Shown here in pieces: positions 58,614-64,000 of a stretch of DNA of 64,000 bases; the stretch's first letter is position 1, and each line of letters begins with the position of its first letter. A program made the translations under genes and the position numbers. Source of the stretch: the human T2T-CHM13v2.0 reference genome, Homo sapiens; the NCBI RefSeq assembly GCF_009914755.1, contig NC_060926.1; one strand, given 5' to 3'. The notes under the pieces were generated by a model. The model was not told where the DNA came from, made no database searches, and saw only the letters and a program-made list of their open reading frames with translations.

Positions 58614-58895
58614 ACTCATGCCCGTAATCCCAGCACTTTGGGAGGCCAAGGAGGGCAGATCACTTGAGGCCAGGAGTTTGAAACCAGCCTGGCCAACATG
58701 GTGAAACCCTGTCTCAAAAATACAGAAATTAGCCAGGTGTGGTGGCGCATGCCTGTAATTGGTTGCGAGGATGAGTCACGAGAAGCATTTGAACTTGGGA
58801 GGAGGAGGTTGCAGTGAGCTCAGATAATACCACTGCACTCCAGCCTGGGTGACATAGCAAGACTCTGTCTCAAAAAAAATAATAAAAAAATAAAA
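58614..58895 (+). mobile_element. AluS, slightly 5'-truncated, with an altered right-arm segment
   Basis: ctcatgcccgtaatcccagc...gactctgtctcaaaaaaaa. Confidence 0.9.
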
Positions 58896-59928
58896 CTCAG
58901 GTAAAACTTTGATTATGTATCAACTTAAGTTTTTAGTAATATATTTCTTTCCAGTAAACTATTCTATCATCTATAGATAATCACAGAATGTGAACCAATA
59001 ATTCTATTAAGTATTGCCATTTATTTATAGATAGATGGATGAGTAGATAAATAATAATTAGTCATCTCTTGAGTTATTCAGGACATGTTTTGCATTCTTT
59101 AGTACTTAATTTAATAATTTCGCCATTCTCATTGGAATGTTAAATAAAAGCAGGATATTCCATTAAAAGGTTATGTTCCAAGAGCTATGCAATGAATAGT
59201 CTCTTGAGAATTAAATTTTAAAAACAATTACTTTTATTAACTACATAGAAGCTTTTCGGTATCACTACTTAAAGGTGACTTAAAGATGCTATGTATAAGT
59301 ATATTCAAGACAAAAACAAGTTTTCTACATTAGAAATAGTATTTAATTTACTAATTATTTTTATAAACAATAGACAAATATTTATTTGGCCTCAATATTC
59401 TTCTAAAACATCAAAATATTTCTGTTTTATTACTAGGTTATTTAAACTCATATAAAGTCAGAGTATAAACAATTAGTGCAAACACAATTATTCTAATGAA
59501 TTAAGAGTTATGGAATTCAGAAAATTCATTACACAAAACGTTCACCTTCAGAGTAGATAATTATGTACACACTGTTCAAACAGAGCAGCTTGTTGGTATA
59601 AAGACCTCCTCTCATGGTGGGATAAGGAGAGTAATGAGAGCAACTTGTTGACATAGAAGACCCCCCTTATGGTTGTCTAAGGAATGCACTCAGTGTTCAC
59701 CAAGAAGCACCTCTAAACCTTAAGACATAAGGAGATACTAATGATGTGCCAGAAAATATATGAGACTGTTTTATATTATATGTGTTTATAAACGTGTCTC
59801 TGTATGTAACTGCTTATGTTAAATATGAAATGCAAAAAGTAGCAAACTAGAACTGTTATACATTTTCCTAATTAAAACGATTAAATTCTATATTTCAGTT
59901 TTTAATTGGATCCATTTTGATATAGTGG

Positions 59929-60489
<561 letters not shown>

Positions 60490-63395
60490 TAGTCCTTTGT
60501 TTTTTTCAAAACTGCATGCAAACAAATGGCTTGTTACTATCAAGATTTATAATGCAATACAGTGTATAATAAAATAAGTTACAATTATACATGGTTTTTC
60601 ATTTCACATTATTCTTAATTGTGTAATGTTGAAAAAGAAGCATATTTCAGATTACTCTCATAAATACTGGTTTTTCCACCATAACATCCTTTCTTGTTTT
60701 TTCAAAACCATTTATCATAATGAAAAGTAAAATAACAAATATTGAAGTATATAGCAAATGTTTCCATTTTGCCCGTTTGTTATTAAACCAGCAAATGCTG
60801 GGTTTCTGCCCTTATTTCCCCCTTCTCTTATCAATAAATGCATTATTTAATGTTAAAGGTAAGGCGATAAGAGTCATGTAAAAGCCAGTGCCATACCAAC
60901 TAGTTAATAACATCAAACTAATAAGACCACAGACCAACCTGCTTTTTTGACATCACTTCCAAATCTCTCTGGGCTACATTTTCAGTCAGCATGTAAGAAT
61001 TAATCATAGCAATCCCATTACCTTAATGAGTATTCTATGTGTAACTCTCTATGCACCCAACATAAGGCCTTCACAGTTTATACATAGTTTATCTTTCAAA
61101 TTTTATAAAAAAATCTAAATTCTTTATAAAGCCTAAACATATTTACATAATGTATATGTACACATATATGTTTATATATTAATTCATACACACACACACT
61201 CTCTATCAGTTCTCTATATAGCTAAGGAGTTGAGTTATAGTCATTAAAAGGATTATCCAAAATAAGTGACTGCATAGCAATATCTTGGACGGGGTTTGAA
61301 TGAACTATATATTTAACAGAGCGTGTCAAATGTGAGGACTCCCATTCTTGAGACTATATATATTACCTAAATGAAACTATTTGAAGCCTGAATACTGCAT
61401 TCAATAATACAGGCCTGGGAAGGAAGCATTTTTTTTTTCTTCCTGAAGTGAATTTGATGCTTCTGAAAGACTGACAGATTTGGACGAGAAAGTATAGCTC
61501 TAAACTAAATTAAGTATTCACAGAACAAACACTGCAGCTGCAAGAGCAATTCAAATTTCCTATCACCAATGTTTCAATCCTCTTTTAAAAGAACGATTTC
61601 TGAGGTCAGAGGTTACTCCCATTTTCATGGCTATTCAGCCCCCTGGGTAATGTAGCTACCATGGGTACCATTAAATAGTGGCAATTGCGATAATGGTTAT
61701 ATCTGCAAAGCAGCAAGTAACTTTATAAAGGCTCCAACTATTACAAAAATAGTGATTTTACAATTCCACAAATTATTTCTGTAACATTTTGTCTAAAACT
61801 GGCTTGCATTACTCAAATACTAAATATGTATTTTTAAAATATTAATTACATGTTTCATTCCAAAAGTTTCAAAGGAAACTTAAAATAAATTTAAAATGAA
61901 AATATATATCATCAAACAAACCATGAGCAATGGCCCAGCCACCTGGACTTACAGTAATCCCAGGCAGTCTCTGACGCATATGTATGTCCATGAGTCTGTG
62001 CACATATACATCTGTTTCACAAACAGAAGGAAAACACCTCTTCCCTTCAAACCTCCTCTGCTAATTACTAGTAAAAAATCTAATTATTCTTATATATAAG
62101 GAAACTTGAACATATTCTGAAATAAATGTGTAATAATTTATTCATAAGCAATGAAACATTACCTCAAAATAAAAATATCAAATATTCAAAAGAAAAATAC
62201 TAAAGGTGGTAGTTTTGAAGAGAAGTAGTAAAACATTATAGTGAAAGAATTTCATAAAACATAAATCTAGATTTCCAAAAATGCTGTGATTTTTGTACAG
62301 TTGTTTGTTAATGGAAAATAAGTTTTAAAAGAAAATCATTTATATCCTATATTGTTTCACTACATTAGTGAAGTACAAAAATCAGTTTTGTATGACTCTG
62401 CATCTGAGAGAGCATTATCTTATTCACAGAAAAATAACATATACGAATACACATATAGTTTGTGTAATTCTGTCAGTTATAATAGCCTACTGAAGTACTT
62501 AAATTGATCCTGATTTTCTGTGATGACCATTGAATGCTTTGAAATGATAAGACAGCCTTATTTTGTGCTTCAAAAATATTGAAAAATATTTAAATACAAA
62601 TGTAACAGAAACATTATTCACAAAATCACGGGAAAACACAGATGGCTTTTCTTTTTAATTCCCAAAAAGTATTGTGTCTCAAATTGGAAAATAACTTAAA
62701 AGGAAAATAAAACCTCTCCAAATTAAGACTTAAGGCTTTAAATTATTATCCATATAATTTTTTTTTACTTTATTTCAACATATAAATAAAACAATAATAA
62801 TTATTTTTCATTGCAGAAGCTGATTCTTTAATAATTTAATGACTTGAATATACATAGGAATGCAAGGGTTTTTTCAGTGAATAAAAGAAGACACATAGGC
62901 CAAAAGGAAAGCTACTTTTCAAGTTTTAACTGATCAACAATTACTCGATGAGATATAATATTACAGAAAATTACTCAAATCCTAGGGCATTTTAGAATAA
63001 TTTGAAATAGTAGAAGGTAAGCCTCTTTAATTGTAGTCAGAGAGCAATTTAATATTTAAATTTTACAGAAAACCAAATTGGATCAGTTTTTTGTTGTCGT
63101 ATTTTCTTTTATATTTTATGTACTTTATTTGTACTCTGGGGAGGGTGGTATGGTTAGCTGAGCTTAAAATGCAATACAAACAATATACCAATAGCTTGAG
63201 ACTTCTAGTGTAAATCACAAGATAGGTCCCCATTTAAATCCCAGACCAAGTAATAGCAAAGCAAGATTCATTCATTCTATTTTAGTATTTTGATAATTCT
63301 TATTTCCAAAGAGTTTCTTCAAACTATAATTTTAATTTCATCCTGACACCTTTTTTCAAAAAATGCATACTTCATTATATGGTCCTTGCACAACT

Positions 63396-63409
63396 GCACC
63401 ACCTAGTGT
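63396..63409 (-). promoter_or_regulatory. Weak candidate CTCF motif
   Basis: gcaccacctagtgt resembles GCGCCACCTAGTGG; motif match only. Confidence 0.3.
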
Positions 63410-64000
63410 TTACTCAGTAATTCCACAAATTTAATAAAGTTCTCAGCATTTAAAACAAAACAAAAACCCCTACCATCACCACCATGATACCACCATACTA
63501 CATCAACCATCTAAACTTTGTTATCTTCAACTTATAAAGTTTAACTTTGTTTGACTTATAAAAGACTTATAAACTATTAAGTTTGGGATATATTAAAATT
63601 TTGGATTTTAATTATAATCTATTTAAAATATTCTGAGTGTACACTGAAATACATATTTCAAATGTGTTCAAACTGATTCTCTATTATTTCAAAAAGACTC
63701 ACTTTTAAAAATCTAGAATGTATTTCAATGTCAAAATTAATAGACAAAAATGAGAATGGTAGGTGGCCTACCATTTTCATGGGCAAAAGCGATAATGGTG
63801 TATATCTCCTCTTCTCTCTATTCCTTTGGCTTCCTGAGGACAACAGAGTAGTAGGCAGAGTAGGCTCTTTTGCCTGTTCTTCACTCAGAATCATATTTTA
63901 AAAGCTGTATATAAGGAAAGGTATGCTACTATTAGTTTCCTCAATAGTTATTAGATTTTTTAAAATTAATGTTCCTGTTACAGTGTTGAGCAATAACTTT

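Overview
Primate, very probably human, AT-rich genomic DNA lying inside the WDPCP (Fritz/BBS15, CPLANE complex) gene on the minus strand. Five short coding exons with canonical AG/GT boundaries (12025-12109, 6618-6665, 5713-5757, 4088-4158, 3775-3834) splice in frame to DRDSFCHQMSFCLTELHLWSLKNTLHIADRDIGIYQYYDKKDPPATEHGNLEKKQKLAESRDYPWTLKNRRPEKLRDSLKELEELMQNSRCVLSKWKNKYVCQ. I recognise these from memory as exons 2-6. Positions 12110-64000 are intron 1, dominated by L1s of several ages, HAL1, Alus, L2, MIR and LTRs; nearly all long ORFs in the track are decayed L1 ORF1/ORF2 or Alu read-throughs. I found no new gene system. The most unusual structure is at 46270-55951, where one solo LTR is split by two L1PA elements in inverted orientation. 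These two L1s share private mutations in sharply bounded tracts, which looks like ectopic gene conversion. The full-length copy has its 3'UTR replaced by a foreign, apparently transduced segment, and keeps an open antisense ORF0 pointing toward the WDPCP exons. Repeat subfamily names are from recall of consensus sequences, not database searches, and most repeat boundaries are approximate.
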